64,000 bases of DNA from Vampirovibrionaceae bacterium NZW_1234 (GTDB lineage: Bacteria; Cyanobacteriota; Vampirovibrionia; Vampirovibrionales; JAGQHJ01), in NCBI GenBank assembly GCA_041697335.1, contig JBGUGD010000038.1, positions 1 through 64,000 on the forward strand. The letters run 5' to 3'. Positions within the stretch are counted from its first letter, which is position 1. Every line of letters starts with the position of its first letter. The translations under genes were made by a program, and so were the position numbers. The notes beneath the pieces were generated by a model. The model did no database searches. It worked only from the letters and a program-made list of their open reading frames with translations, and was not told where the DNA came from. This document shows, piece by piece, positions 50,405 to 59,319 of the stretch.

Positions 50405-51136
50405 GTGAAAACCCTGGCCATCACCCCCGCCAATGCCTCAGCAAGCCGCAACGCGGCCAGTGTTGGTGCGGGATTATGTCCTCATGGGTTTTCCCAAATG
50501 TCCTGTTCCAAGTGCGGCGGCGGTGGTGGCGGTGGCGCCGCCCCCAAACGCACCGCAGGCCTGATGAGCTGGAACGAAGCCTACGCGTTATGGCGCTCCA
50601 TTCAAAATGCCCGTATCCGGGAAGAAGATTACCTTCGCAACCGGGAAGCCTCGGTCCGCCAATCGGCCGTAGAGACCAATCGATTGCTTTTCATGCAGTC
50701 CATTGGCGCCACGCTGATGCGCTGGGTGCCGTCGGCAGCGCTGGCAACCATGGCCGCAGTCCTTCGCGCAGTCGTGCTGAACCCCATCACCCTGGCCCGA
50801 AACGTCATCGCTTCGGTCCCGGCGGCCATGTCTCAAGCCCTTCAGGGGATCAAAGCAGCGGTTGTCACCGTGGCCGATATCGCCGATCGGGTGGCCACCG
50901 TGATTGGTGAAAAACTCAAGGCCCTGCAGGAATTTCTCAGCGAGAATTTAAAGAAGCTACGCGCCCAGATCTTCAAGCTCAACATTCTCAAGTCCTTAAA
51001 ATCCATCTGGAATTTTCCCAAAGCCTTTAAAGAGGAATGGTTGCCCTCGGCCATCGAGAAATTCAAGCGCCGTATCTTCAGCTTCCTCAACCCGGTGTCC
51101 ACCGAGCCGGAATACGATTCGGACGCCTCGTCCTAA
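50405..51136 (+). CDS. hypothetical protein with CPHG...CxxC metal-binding motif and Gly linker
   Basis: LCPHGFSQMSCSKCGGGGGGG followed by amphipathic helices; start uncertain (ORF open from 50309). Confidence 0.7.
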   Translation: MKTLAITPANASASRNAASVGAGLCPHGFSQMSCSKCGGGGGGGAAPKRTAGLMSWNEAYALWRSIQNARIREEDYLRNREASVRQSAVETNRLLFMQSIGATLMRWVPSAALATMAAVLRAVVLNPITLARNVIASVPAAMSQALQGIKAAVVTVADIADRVATVIGEKLKALQEFLSENLKKLRAQIFKLNILKSLKSIWNFPKAFKEEWLPSAIEKFKRRIFSFLNPVSTEPEYDSDASS

Positions 51137-51390
51137 TCTTCCCGGGTCTTTTCGCCTTGACGGTTGGCCTGCCCCCCCTTGCGGCCAATGGAGGCCATAT
51201 GCTCCCGATCCCGGCTCACGGTTTCGCCGCCTTTGCGGCCAGCCACACGCGCTTCCTCGGGGGTAAAAATATGGGCGGTTCCTTTTTCATGAGCCGCTTT
51301 ACCCCCTTTTCGGGCAATGGCTTTCAACTTTTCCGTGTCCATAGCCGCAAAGCCCCGTTTTGGTTTGGAATCCTGTCTCTTCTCGGTCAT
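51133..51390 (-). CDS. KGG-repeat general stress protein
   Basis: RGFAAMD, IARKGG, AGRKGG, IGRKGG; AGGAG SD. Confidence 0.92.
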   Translation of the reverse strand: MTEKRQDSKPKRGFAAMDTEKLKAIARKGGKAAHEKGTAHIFTPEEARVAGRKGGETVSRDREHMASIGRKGGQANRQGEKTRED

Positions 51391-51551
51391 TGCAATCTTC
51401 TCCTATCAGGACCGTTGAGCTTGAATACAAAGGCCCTACCAACGTTTCCTGTCATCATACTGACGGTCGTCACGAAACGACCATTCTCCAGGTGGCGAAC
51501 TCTAAGCGAGGGTGCTTTGCGCTCGGGCATCCTTTACGGTGTCATCACGCC

Positions 51552-52076
51552 TCAGGGCTCTTTTGCTTGCTTCGAGGCCGGAGCCTGGTGAAGAGACTCA
51601 TCCAGCATTTCCGACGTGTTGTAGGCCGCAATTTTGCTGGCCAATCCGGTATCCGGGGCATGGGCTGACAGGGGCCTCATCTTGCCATGACTGCTGGAAT
51701 GCGGGTTTCTCAGATCAGCCGACCCTCCGGCCCCGGCCCCATGAATATCTCCCCCGGTGGGGCCTCCCATGCGCTTGCCTTGCCCCAGGCGGCTTCTGGT
51801 CAGATCGTCCGACATGCCCCCTGCCGACACCCCGCCGGTATGAACATCGGTGGCCGTGCCATCCATGCCGGTCTCATTCACCGAGCTTTCCTCTTCCTGA
51901 TCCAGATAGAGCTGGCTTTCGGGCGTGGGCGTCCCCCATACATCAATGTCCTCATCCACGGCCCCGTAAATCAGAAGCTCCGCATCCGAGACCGTCTCGG
52001 TCAACGTGACGTTTTCTTCCAAGGCCTCCAACGCTTGAGGTTCAGGCTTCTTTCTGGATTCCGAATCCGGTTTCAT
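51552..52076 (-). CDS. acidic low-complexity hypothetical protein
   Basis: Start MKPDSE at 52076 with GGGAG SD; co-oriented upstream of the KGG gene. Confidence 0.65.
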   Translation of the reverse strand: MKPDSESRKKPEPQALEALEENVTLTETVSDAELLIYGAVDEDIDVWGTPTPESQLYLDQEEESSVNETGMDGTATDVHTGGVSAGGMSDDLTRSRLGQGKRMGGPTGGDIHGAGAGGSADLRNPHSSSHGKMRPLSAHAPDTGLASKIAAYNTSEMLDESLHQAPASKQAKEP

Positions 52077-52377
52077 GATGTTGCGCTCCCTTGTTACCTT
52101 CAATCCGTCTATACGGGAGATCATAACAACTTTTACAAAAATAACACTTGCCGGAGACGGCAATTCCACCGCACCTCACCCTAAGTCCGCTTGCACTACA
52201 GGCTGTTCTGCTCCTCATTGTCCTTTGGCTAAGACTGGGGTAGGCTATTCTTGTACTCGGTACTGGACCATACCTGCTGCCAGGAGTGCCGCCGCACCGC
52301 GACTCTGCTCCTCCCGAGTACCAGTCCTCCCCTTGCTTCTGGCAATGGCGACCGAGAATAGCTTGAACGAGACCCCA

Positions 52378-53628
52378 ATGAACAAAATCAAAACGACATT
52401 TCGGGCCCTGTCCAACCCTAATTTTCGCTTATTTGCCGCGGGCCAAGTCCTCTCATTAACGGGCACCTGGATGCAGCAGCTGGCCATGGGGTGGCTGGTT
52501 TACCGCCTGACTCATTCGTCGGTGGCCTTGGGCCTATACGGTTTCGTGTCGTACCTGCCTACCTTTGTATTCACGCCCTTCGGCGGCGCCATTGCCGATC
52601 GATGGAATCGTCACCGGGTGCTCATCATCACGCAGATTCTGGCCATGGCAGAGGCCCTGCTGATGGCCTATTTAACCCTGTCGGGCCAGATACAGATGTG
52701 GCAGATTCTGCTGTTGGGGTTTTTCCTGGGCGTGTTGAATGCCGGTGCCATGCCGGTGCAACAGGCTTTTATCGTGGACATGTTGGATAAAAAAGAAGAC
52801 ACGGCCAATGCCATTGCCCTCAACGCCTCCATGGTCAACATGGCGCGTCTGGTTGGCCCGGCCATTGCGGGTCTGGTGGTGGCCTGGCATGGGGAGGGGC
52901 TGTGTTTTCTGCTCAATGGCCTCAGTTACATTGCCGTCATCCTTTCCCTCGCCCTGATGAAGGTCACCTGCCGCCCGCCGTCCGTGGATCCCGGACGTGT
53001 GTGGGACAGTGTCAAAGAAGGGTTCCACTATTCCTTTTCCTTTTTACCCATTCGCGTCGTCTTGATTCTGATGGCCACCCTGAGCCTCGCGGTGGCCCCG
53101 ACGGTCACCATGATGCCGGTCCTGACCCGAGAGATGCTCCATCGCGGGGCTGACATCATGGGCATGTTGATGGCCTCCTCGGGCATTGGGGCGATGACCG
53201 GGGCCATTTATCTGGCCTCGCGCCGCACCGTAGACGGCTTGAGCCAGCGCCTGGCCATGGCCATGGGCATCAGCGGCCTGGGTCTGATGGCCTTCTCCCT
53301 GTCCCATACGGTATGGCTTTCGGCATTGCTTATGGTGATTATGGGCTTTGGCATGATGGTCCAGATGGCGGCCAGCAATATTTTTCTTCAAACCGTGGTG
53401 GACGAGGCCAAACGGGGCCGGGTCATGAGCATCTATATCATGTCCTTCATGGGCTTAATGCCCTTTGGCAGCTTGCTGGCGGGGTATCTCATCAACCACA
53501 TCGGCTTGCAGGAAACCTTGATCTTAAACGGCCTGGCCTGCCTCACCGGCTCCGGCATCCTCATCACCATGATGCCACGCTTCCAAGCCCAAATCCGTCC
53601 CCTCTGCCCCAAAGCCGACCCGGTATAA
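52378..53628 (+). CDS. MFS transporter (MFS_3 / DUF894-like)
   Basis: FRAL.NPNFRLF..GQ.LS..GTWMQ, GAIADRWNR, NAIALN, ARLVGPA, RGRVMS; 12 TM. Confidence 0.92.
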   Translation: MNKIKTTFRALSNPNFRLFAAGQVLSLTGTWMQQLAMGWLVYRLTHSSVALGLYGFVSYLPTFVFTPFGGAIADRWNRHRVLIITQILAMAEALLMAYLTLSGQIQMWQILLLGFFLGVLNAGAMPVQQAFIVDMLDKKEDTANAIALNASMVNMARLVGPAIAGLVVAWHGEGLCFLLNGLSYIAVILSLALMKVTCRPPSVDPGRVWDSVKEGFHYSFSFLPIRVVLILMATLSLAVAPTVTMMPVLTREMLHRGADIMGMLMASSGIGAMTGAIYLASRRTVDGLSQRLAMAMGISGLGLMAFSLSHTVWLSALLMVIMGFGMMVQMAASNIFLQTVVDEAKRGRVMSIYIMSFMGLMPFGSLLAGYLINHIGLQETLILNGLACLTGSGILITMMPRFQAQIRPLCPKADPV

Positions 53629-53834
53629 GCGCCCTTTCTTAACGTCACCGGGTGCCAAATGGGCGTTTAGACCTCAACAGCGTTACTTTTACAGGCTTCC
53701 ATATCCTGGGAGACACGGGAAGACGCGAACCGGTTTTTGGTAGGAAAGTTGGCCAATAGAAACATTCTCTATCTACGCTAAGCTCGTTTTATCTATTGAC
53801 ATCTCCGGCAAGGGTAGGATAAACCGGGTTCATC

Positions 53835-54719
53835 ATGAGTCAACAATGGCCCAAAGAAGATCTCGTCATAGGCTCCGTGTTCTGGATACTCTTCATTCAC
53901 CTGATTGCAGTACTGGCGCCCTTTACCTTTACCTGGGCCGGTTTCGCTCTTTTTGTCGTGATGACCTGTATGACTTTGGGCCTCGGTGTTACCTTGGGGT
54001 ACCATCGTCTGCTGGCGCATCGCAGCTTTGAAACGCCAGCAACCGTCCGGTATTTGTTAGCGCTATTGGGCTGCCTCGCGCTTCAAGGCGGCCCGATACG
54101 ATGGGTGGCAACACATCGCTTGCATCACAAGGAAACCGATAAGATGGCCGATCCGCATTCTCCCACCCGGGGATTTGCATGGGCCCATGTTGTCTGGACC
54201 TTTTATCGCCATCCTCAGCTTAAAACCCCGGAAGACCTGGGCCATTTTGCCCCCGACTTATCCAGGGAACGTTTTCTGTGTTTCCTAGAGCGCTACTATT
54301 TGTTGCCCTACTTGGCTTTTTGCGTTCTGGCCTTTGCCATCGGCACGGCTTTGGAGGGCTGGTATCTGGGGGTATCTCTAGTCATTTGGGGATGTGCTTT
54401 ACGAACGGTTTATTCGTGGCATGTCACTTGGCTGGTCAACTCTGCCGCCCATATCTGGGGTTATCAAAGCCATCCATCATCGGATAACAGCCAAAACAAC
54501 TGGTGGGTTGCCTTACTCACCTTTGGTGAAGGCTGGCACAACAATCATCATGCCTATCCCTATTCAGCCAGAATGGGGTTCAAATGGTTTGAATTAGATA
54601 AGACATACTGGATAATTACACTGATGGCGAAAACCGGTCTTGCCTGGAATGTTGTTCAACCCAAGCGAACACCGGGTTCTGAAAAAGCCGGGCTCTCCTC
54701 CCCCATCTCATTGGAATAA
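53835..54719 (+). CDS. delta-9 acyl-CoA/acyl-lipid desaturase
   Basis: His boxes HRLLAH, HRLHH and GEGWHNNHH; DPHSP. Confidence 0.93.
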   Translation: MSQQWPKEDLVIGSVFWILFIHLIAVLAPFTFTWAGFALFVVMTCMTLGLGVTLGYHRLLAHRSFETPATVRYLLALLGCLALQGGPIRWVATHRLHHKETDKMADPHSPTRGFAWAHVVWTFYRHPQLKTPEDLGHFAPDLSRERFLCFLERYYLLPYLAFCVLAFAIGTALEGWYLGVSLVIWGCALRTVYSWHVTWLVNSAAHIWGYQSHPSSDNSQNNWWVALLTFGEGWHNNHHAYPYSARMGFKWFELDKTYWIITLMAKTGLAWNVVQPKRTPGSEKAGLSSPISLE

Positions 54720-54726
54720 AGCAACC

Positions 54727-55293
54727 TCACTCCCTCTGCCTTGCTGTCATTTCTGGATTTCGAAAGGCAAGCACAGCTCCTGAAATTTCGCCATTCGTCA
54801 GTAACGGGGACATCGTAAAGATTACGGGGAATAAAGTCCCATTTCGGTGAATAAAGCTGCTTTCCTGGTCATGAATACTGATGCCCTTCTCAAGCACATC
54901 CAGTAACGGGCACGCTGCATTTGGAAAATCCATTCCATCCGCCTGGTGAGCATGTATCTTGTCATGGATGGATTGCCCCATTAATTCCTCTTTCCGCCAG
55001 CCTAAAAGCGTTTCCGCAGCCGGATTTAAAAAGGTCACATGCCCAACGTCATCAATGACATAAATCCCTTCTTCCATACTGGAGGTAATGACGTTGGTAA
55101 AATCAATCTGTTGATTTAACCGTGCTTTTTGCTCGCTGAGCAGGTGTTCTGTATGCTGTTGCTCTACAAGTTCCTGCTTTAAGCTGATATTGGTATTCGC
55201 ATAATCAGACGCTGCATTATTTTCTGCGGCTTCACTTATTTTTAGCAAGTAGTCTGCCCAATCTTCCCGTTTATTCACCATGAACGTTTCCAA
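54727..55293 (-). CDS. stand-alone PAS domain protein
   Basis: EGIYVIDDVGHVTFLNPAAETLLGW...ELMG, GAVLAFR; no output domain. Confidence 0.75.
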   Translation of the reverse strand: METFMVNKREDWADYLLKISEAAENNAASDYANTNISLKQELVEQQHTEHLLSEQKARLNQQIDFTNVITSSMEEGIYVIDDVGHVTFLNPAAETLLGWRKEELMGQSIHDKIHAHQADGMDFPNAACPLLDVLEKGISIHDQESSFIHRNGTLFPVIFTMSPLLTNGEISGAVLAFRNPEMTARQRE

Positions 55294-55421
55294 CCTATCT
55301 TGTACAGATGGCCTTGTAACTGTTTAAGGCCTCTCTATAATAGGATCTATTCTCATGAAGCAAATATCCATAAGGCACATACCTTATTTCAGCGGGTAGC
55401 GGACGTATTCCAGTGCTTGAT

Positions 55422-55964
55422 TCATGAGACAGAGTGTTCTTGTTTTCGGTCATGCTGCTTCTGCTGTAGACCCGCTTTAATCTCGTGCTGTGCCTGTACG
55501 GGCAGTAAACGATGGGCCAGGGGAAATAATTCTTTTTCTTCCTTCTCAAAATGTCGTTTGATGGCTTCTTGCAGGAGGGTAATTTTGTCCTGAACTTTTC
55601 GGGACTCTAATTCTCCCTGGAAGAGTTCATGAATGGCGGATTGTGCTTCTTCGGAATCCAGAAAAACGTTGACCTTACGCTGCAGATTTTTAGAGTGGCG
55701 TTCATCCTGAAACAGTTCGCCGATGAGCTGCTTTACTGCCAATTGCTGTTTAAGAAACTTCTCCGTGGTGGACTTTGTTTCAGCCATCCGCAGTAAAGGC
55801 TCATAGAGAAGTTGCTCTTCCAACTCCATCTGAAAGAGCAAATTATCAAAAATGGATGAAAACGCATTCTCTTGGGAAATATCTCCAGATTGGAGCGAAT
55901 CAAGCTGCTTAACCAGTTGAGAATGGCTCTTTGCAAGTGAGTTGAACAGATCCATACGTTTCAT
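55422..55964 (-). CDS. hemerythrin/HHE-like helical protein
   Basis: ELEEQLLYEPL and RHFEKEEKELFPLA motifs (some His ligands lost). Confidence 0.7.
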   Translation of the reverse strand: MKRMDLFNSLAKSHSQLVKQLDSLQSGDISQENAFSSIFDNLLFQMELEEQLLYEPLLRMAETKSTTEKFLKQQLAVKQLIGELFQDERHSKNLQRKVNVFLDSEEAQSAIHELFQGELESRKVQDKITLLQEAIKRHFEKEEKELFPLAHRLLPVQAQHEIKAGLQQKQHDRKQEHSVS

Positions 55965-56103
55965 CCCATGAAACCAGAAGCTGCCTATAGCCTAATTCTT
56001 TTTTACCTCGTTACCTACTGCACAACTGGCGATACTTCTCGCACCTGCGTAGACCAGCCCAACAATAAACGCGTACCCTCAACGCCTGAAGCAGAATTAA
56101 TGC

Positions 56104-57141
56104 TTATTTAATTTCGAAGGCCATTCTTCTTTCGAGGTCAGGACTTTTCGATTTGTAGAACGTTTTAAATCCGATAGAGGTGTAAAACTCCTCAGATTTT
56201 TGATCATGGACAGTAACAAATATTTTTTTAAAATTACGAGCTTTCGCTTCACTTAAAGCAATTTGGAATACGCTATCCATCAGTGTATTTCGATTCTGAT
56301 CCGAGTTAAGCAATGTTTCGGATAAATGGGTTTCCCAACTTTCCAAGGTAAGGAGTGTAGAACCAGGACGTGCATAATCAAAACCCAACTCAGAAACTAA
56401 CTTTCCTTGATGCAGAGCACGAATTTGGCATGGCATGGATTTTCCATTAGGATCAAACGTCGGGACGGCGAGTTCTATGTCTAATGTCACCGGTTCGTTA
56501 TTGGGGCCGGTAAGCTCGATTTTACGGGGATCGGGAAGAATACCCAGTAGAATAGCAACCAGAGGTCTTCCTGATGTTGGAGCCTGATCTTCAGACTTCG
56601 CATTATCAGGTCTTTTGGGTTTAGGGACAGGGATGGGCCTAGGAGCCGCCGAGGGTGATTCAACAGGTGTCTCTAAGGAAGGAGAGGTTGGCTTAAGAGG
56701 TTGTATAGTCGGAGCATTCTTCTCAATACTGGGTAAAGATTGCTTTCGCTGCTGAGGGCGTTTTCGTCGTCTACGTCGAGGGGCATCACTCTCCTTGGTA
56801 GTTGAATCTTTGGTAGTTGAATCTTTTTGAGGCTTGCTCGATTGATTTTTATTTCCTGCTCGTCGAAGCTGAAAGGCTTGATAGATCCCTTTAACCAAAG
56901 CAATGGGCAGCCAAAGAGGGGCACTGACAAAAGCAATTAGCCCGCCCAGCAGAAAAGCGAACTTGCTTGTCAAAGAGCCTTTCCAAAATACCTTGCTGTC
57001 CGAAGCAGTTGAGGACAGATTTTCATCGGATCCAAATCGAACTGAATCCTTATTCATTGGAGGAACCTGAAGCGGAGAGCTTGATTTTTCCACCATCGTG
57101 TAGGGTTTAGTTTGAAAAAAGGGGAAACTTGATTTGATCAT
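56104..57141 (-). CDS. membrane-anchored protein with VRFG leader and C-terminal GNAT-like domain
   Basis: TM segment FAFLLGGLIAFVSAPLWLPIALV, basic/Pro-rich linker, C-terminal AKARNFKKIFV.V.....EEFYTSIGF. Confidence 0.7.
   Translation of the reverse strand: MIKSSFPFFQTKPYTMVEKSSSPLQVPPMNKDSVRFGSDENLSSTASDSKVFWKGSLTSKFAFLLGGLIAFVSAPLWLPIALVKGIYQAFQLRRAGNKNQSSKPQKDSTTKDSTTKESDAPRRRRRKRPQQRKQSLPSIEKNAPTIQPLKPTSPSLETPVESPSAAPRPIPVPKPKRPDNAKSEDQAPTSGRPLVAILLGILPDPRKIELTGPNNEPVTLDIELAVPTFDPNGKSMPCQIRALHQGKLVSELGFDYARPGSTLLTLESWETHLSETLLNSDQNRNTLMDSVFQIALSEAKARNFKKIFVTVHDQKSEEFYTSIGFKTFYKSKSPDLERRMAFEIK
56795..56824. repeat. 15-bp tandem duplication (KDSTT x2)
   Basis: TTGGTAGTTGAATCT repeated twice in frame. 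Confidence 0.9.
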
Positions 57142-57906
57142 GATTCCAATTTGATACTTTCCAACACCGGATAAACGATTCTCAAGAAATCTTGGTGCTA
57201 ACGGTATATAAATCTTGGTTACATGCCGTTACAAAATTTAGATATTGATTTAAATATGAAATCAAATCAAGGAGGAAATTTTCGGTTTTTTGATTTTTCA
57301 AAGCGCTGAAAGCAATAGTCAATAACACGCTTACGAAATCAATTGAAAATAGGTTAAAAACAAAATGATGGCGTCGAAGGGGGCTATCAAGCGAAGTAAA
57401 TCTTCCAACCCGCCGAATAAAACACATCAACACCTACGCAGACCAGGCGAAACAATCGTATTGAACTCGCCAGCAAACAATGAATACAGATTTATGGCCC
57501 TCTCTGGTTGAGGATCGGATTGATGAACTCACCTATCAGCTTAAGCAGCAGGAATTGACAGAAGAAAAGAAACGTTATTTCACCAGCTTGCTTCATCGCC
57601 CCCCGAAGGCAGAGGGAGCGGGCGTTCAGCATGGTTGAGGCTCTCCTTCAAAAGGTCGAGGATTTACAAGAACCCACTCTCGTTAAAATCGGGTATCACC
57701 CCGACAAAGTCAGAGAGTGAACACCATAAGCTATTTACCACAGACAAAAACCGACATAGGTATACCTTAAGATTATTACCCTCAGAGGCTATCAACCCTA
57801 TCAAAATCTTAAGAATGTCTAAAAACGGGCATAACCACTATATAAATAGTATATAATTAAAGTATTCTCAGTAATGTAGGTTCGTAAGAAAGTGAAGAGG
57901 TACGCT

Positions 57907-58875
57907 ATGACGGATTCAACAATCGATTGGTACGAAATCAAAGGGCGCTATATGGCGGGGGAGAAGCCAAAGCGCCTGGCCCAGATGTATGAGATTGACC
58001 CCAAGCAGCTCAGCAACATCATTGTACGCCAAGGCTGGCGAAAGCAGCGCGAGGAAATCCGCCTGAAAGTCGCCGAGGAGTTCGTGGACGCCCAACGGGA
58101 ACTCAACCGGAAAGCCATGCACGTTGTGGACCTGGTCCTGTCGTCGCTCATCACCGAGGACGGCACCCTGAACTGGGAGGCCTGCAAGACGATCAAGAGC
58201 AGCGTGCTTCGCCTGTGCCTGCAAATGGCCATGCCCGACAAGGTCAAAGTCCGGGAAGTCACCCACACCTTCGGCGAAGGCCCCGAACCCTGGCGCACCT
58301 TCACGGAGCCTCCCAGCACGGATGACACGCCTCCGGTGAGTAAAACTGAGCAAAAATTCGAATTTGAAAATCCCTCAGCCCCGGAGTTCTGGGCCACTTC
58401 TCACGAAAGCTCCACGTTTAAAGAACCCTTGAGCGAAGACGCCTTAAGCGACCCGACCGCGGGTATGGCGGATCCCGCCACTCCTTTGGTGAGCCATGAC
58501 GTGAGTAAAAGTGAGCAAAAATTCGAACATCAAAATAACTCATCCCCGGCATCCTCTGAACCTGAAGCCACGCCCCCGGCCCCGACCGTCCCGGAGCCCC
58601 CGCAACCCAGCAAACTCCTGATGCTCGCCCAACTGCCCCATATGTGGGACATGTGGAACCGGATCAACACCCTGATGGCCCAGGCCCCACGCCTGTCCCT
58701 GCCCGATGAGCCCCATGAGAAAAATGAGCAAAATCGAGCCAACAATCACACGTCGCATGACGGGCCACCCCTCTGTGCCAACCTGGGCGAACCCTATGAT
58801 ACATACCCTTATCCGGGTCAGCCCGAGCGCAACCGAATCCAAAGCAACGCCTTCCGGCCCCAAAGACCCGTTTAA
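57907..58875 (+). CDS. hypothetical protein with terminase-small-subunit-like N-terminal HTH and Pro-rich tail
   Basis: IDWYEIKGRYMAG...LAQMYEI......IIVRQGW resembles phage TerS N-termini; GAGG SD. Confidence 0.6.
   Translation: MTDSTIDWYEIKGRYMAGEKPKRLAQMYEIDPKQLSNIIVRQGWRKQREEIRLKVAEEFVDAQRELNRKAMHVVDLVLSSLITEDGTLNWEACKTIKSSVLRLCLQMAMPDKVKVREVTHTFGEGPEPWRTFTEPPSTDDTPPVSKTEQKFEFENPSAPEFWATSHESSTFKEPLSEDALSDPTAGMADPATPLVSHDVSKSEQKFEHQNNSSPASSEPEATPPAPTVPEPPQPSKLLMLAQLPHMWDMWNRINTLMAQAPRLSLPDEPHEKNEQNRANNHTSHDGPPLCANLGEPYDTYPYPGQPERNRIQSNAFRPQRPV
58336..58527 (+). repeat. 27-bp direct repeat (58336-58362, 58501-58527) encoding VSK(T/S)EQKFE
   Basis: GTGAGTAAAA(C/G)TGAGCAAAAATTCGAA, one mismatch. 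Confidence 0.85.
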
Positions 58876-59319
58876 ACCGGCCAGCCTGAATTTTGAGAAA
58901 AATTATTTTTTTCTATCAAAATTGGTTGACATGTGAATTTGCTTAGTGTAATTTGAACACACTTTAATTTTTCGCACCACATATATGGGTAATGGACTAT
59001 GGCATTATTCTCGACATCTGAAGGATCCTGGCACGATTTCTAACGCCAGCTTGCCACCCCTGCGACAGGTTGCCGCAACACGCCTGTCGGTGCATCTGTT
59101 GGCAACATGACCTGGCTTTGGTTTACGCTGCCTGTGCACGCCCCATATAAACCCGTCAATCCGGGTTCCCCTCTCTAAAGATAGACATTCACAATTTAAC
59201 CGTTCATCACGCCGTCGAGCACGGGCCAATCTGGCCAACCCTACTTTCTGCTCGCACACTGTCTTACCACAGCTCGACGCGGCATTACGAATAATGAGGA
59301 TTTAAAGGAGATTTTGACG

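Noticed and set aside
52075..52377. 101-aa N-terminal extension of the MFS ORF
   Set aside because: Not protein-like and spans the divergent promoter region; the family N-terminus begins at MNKIK (52378).
57480..57638. 52-codon ORF MNTDLWPSLVEDRIDEL...
   Set aside because: No SD or recognisable motif; cannot be supported without a homology search.
58975..59050. Purine riboswitch-like stem with GACTATGG loop upstream of purA
   Set aside because: Lacks the J2/3 GTTTCTACC and the P3/L3 CCGTAAA elements in the correct order.
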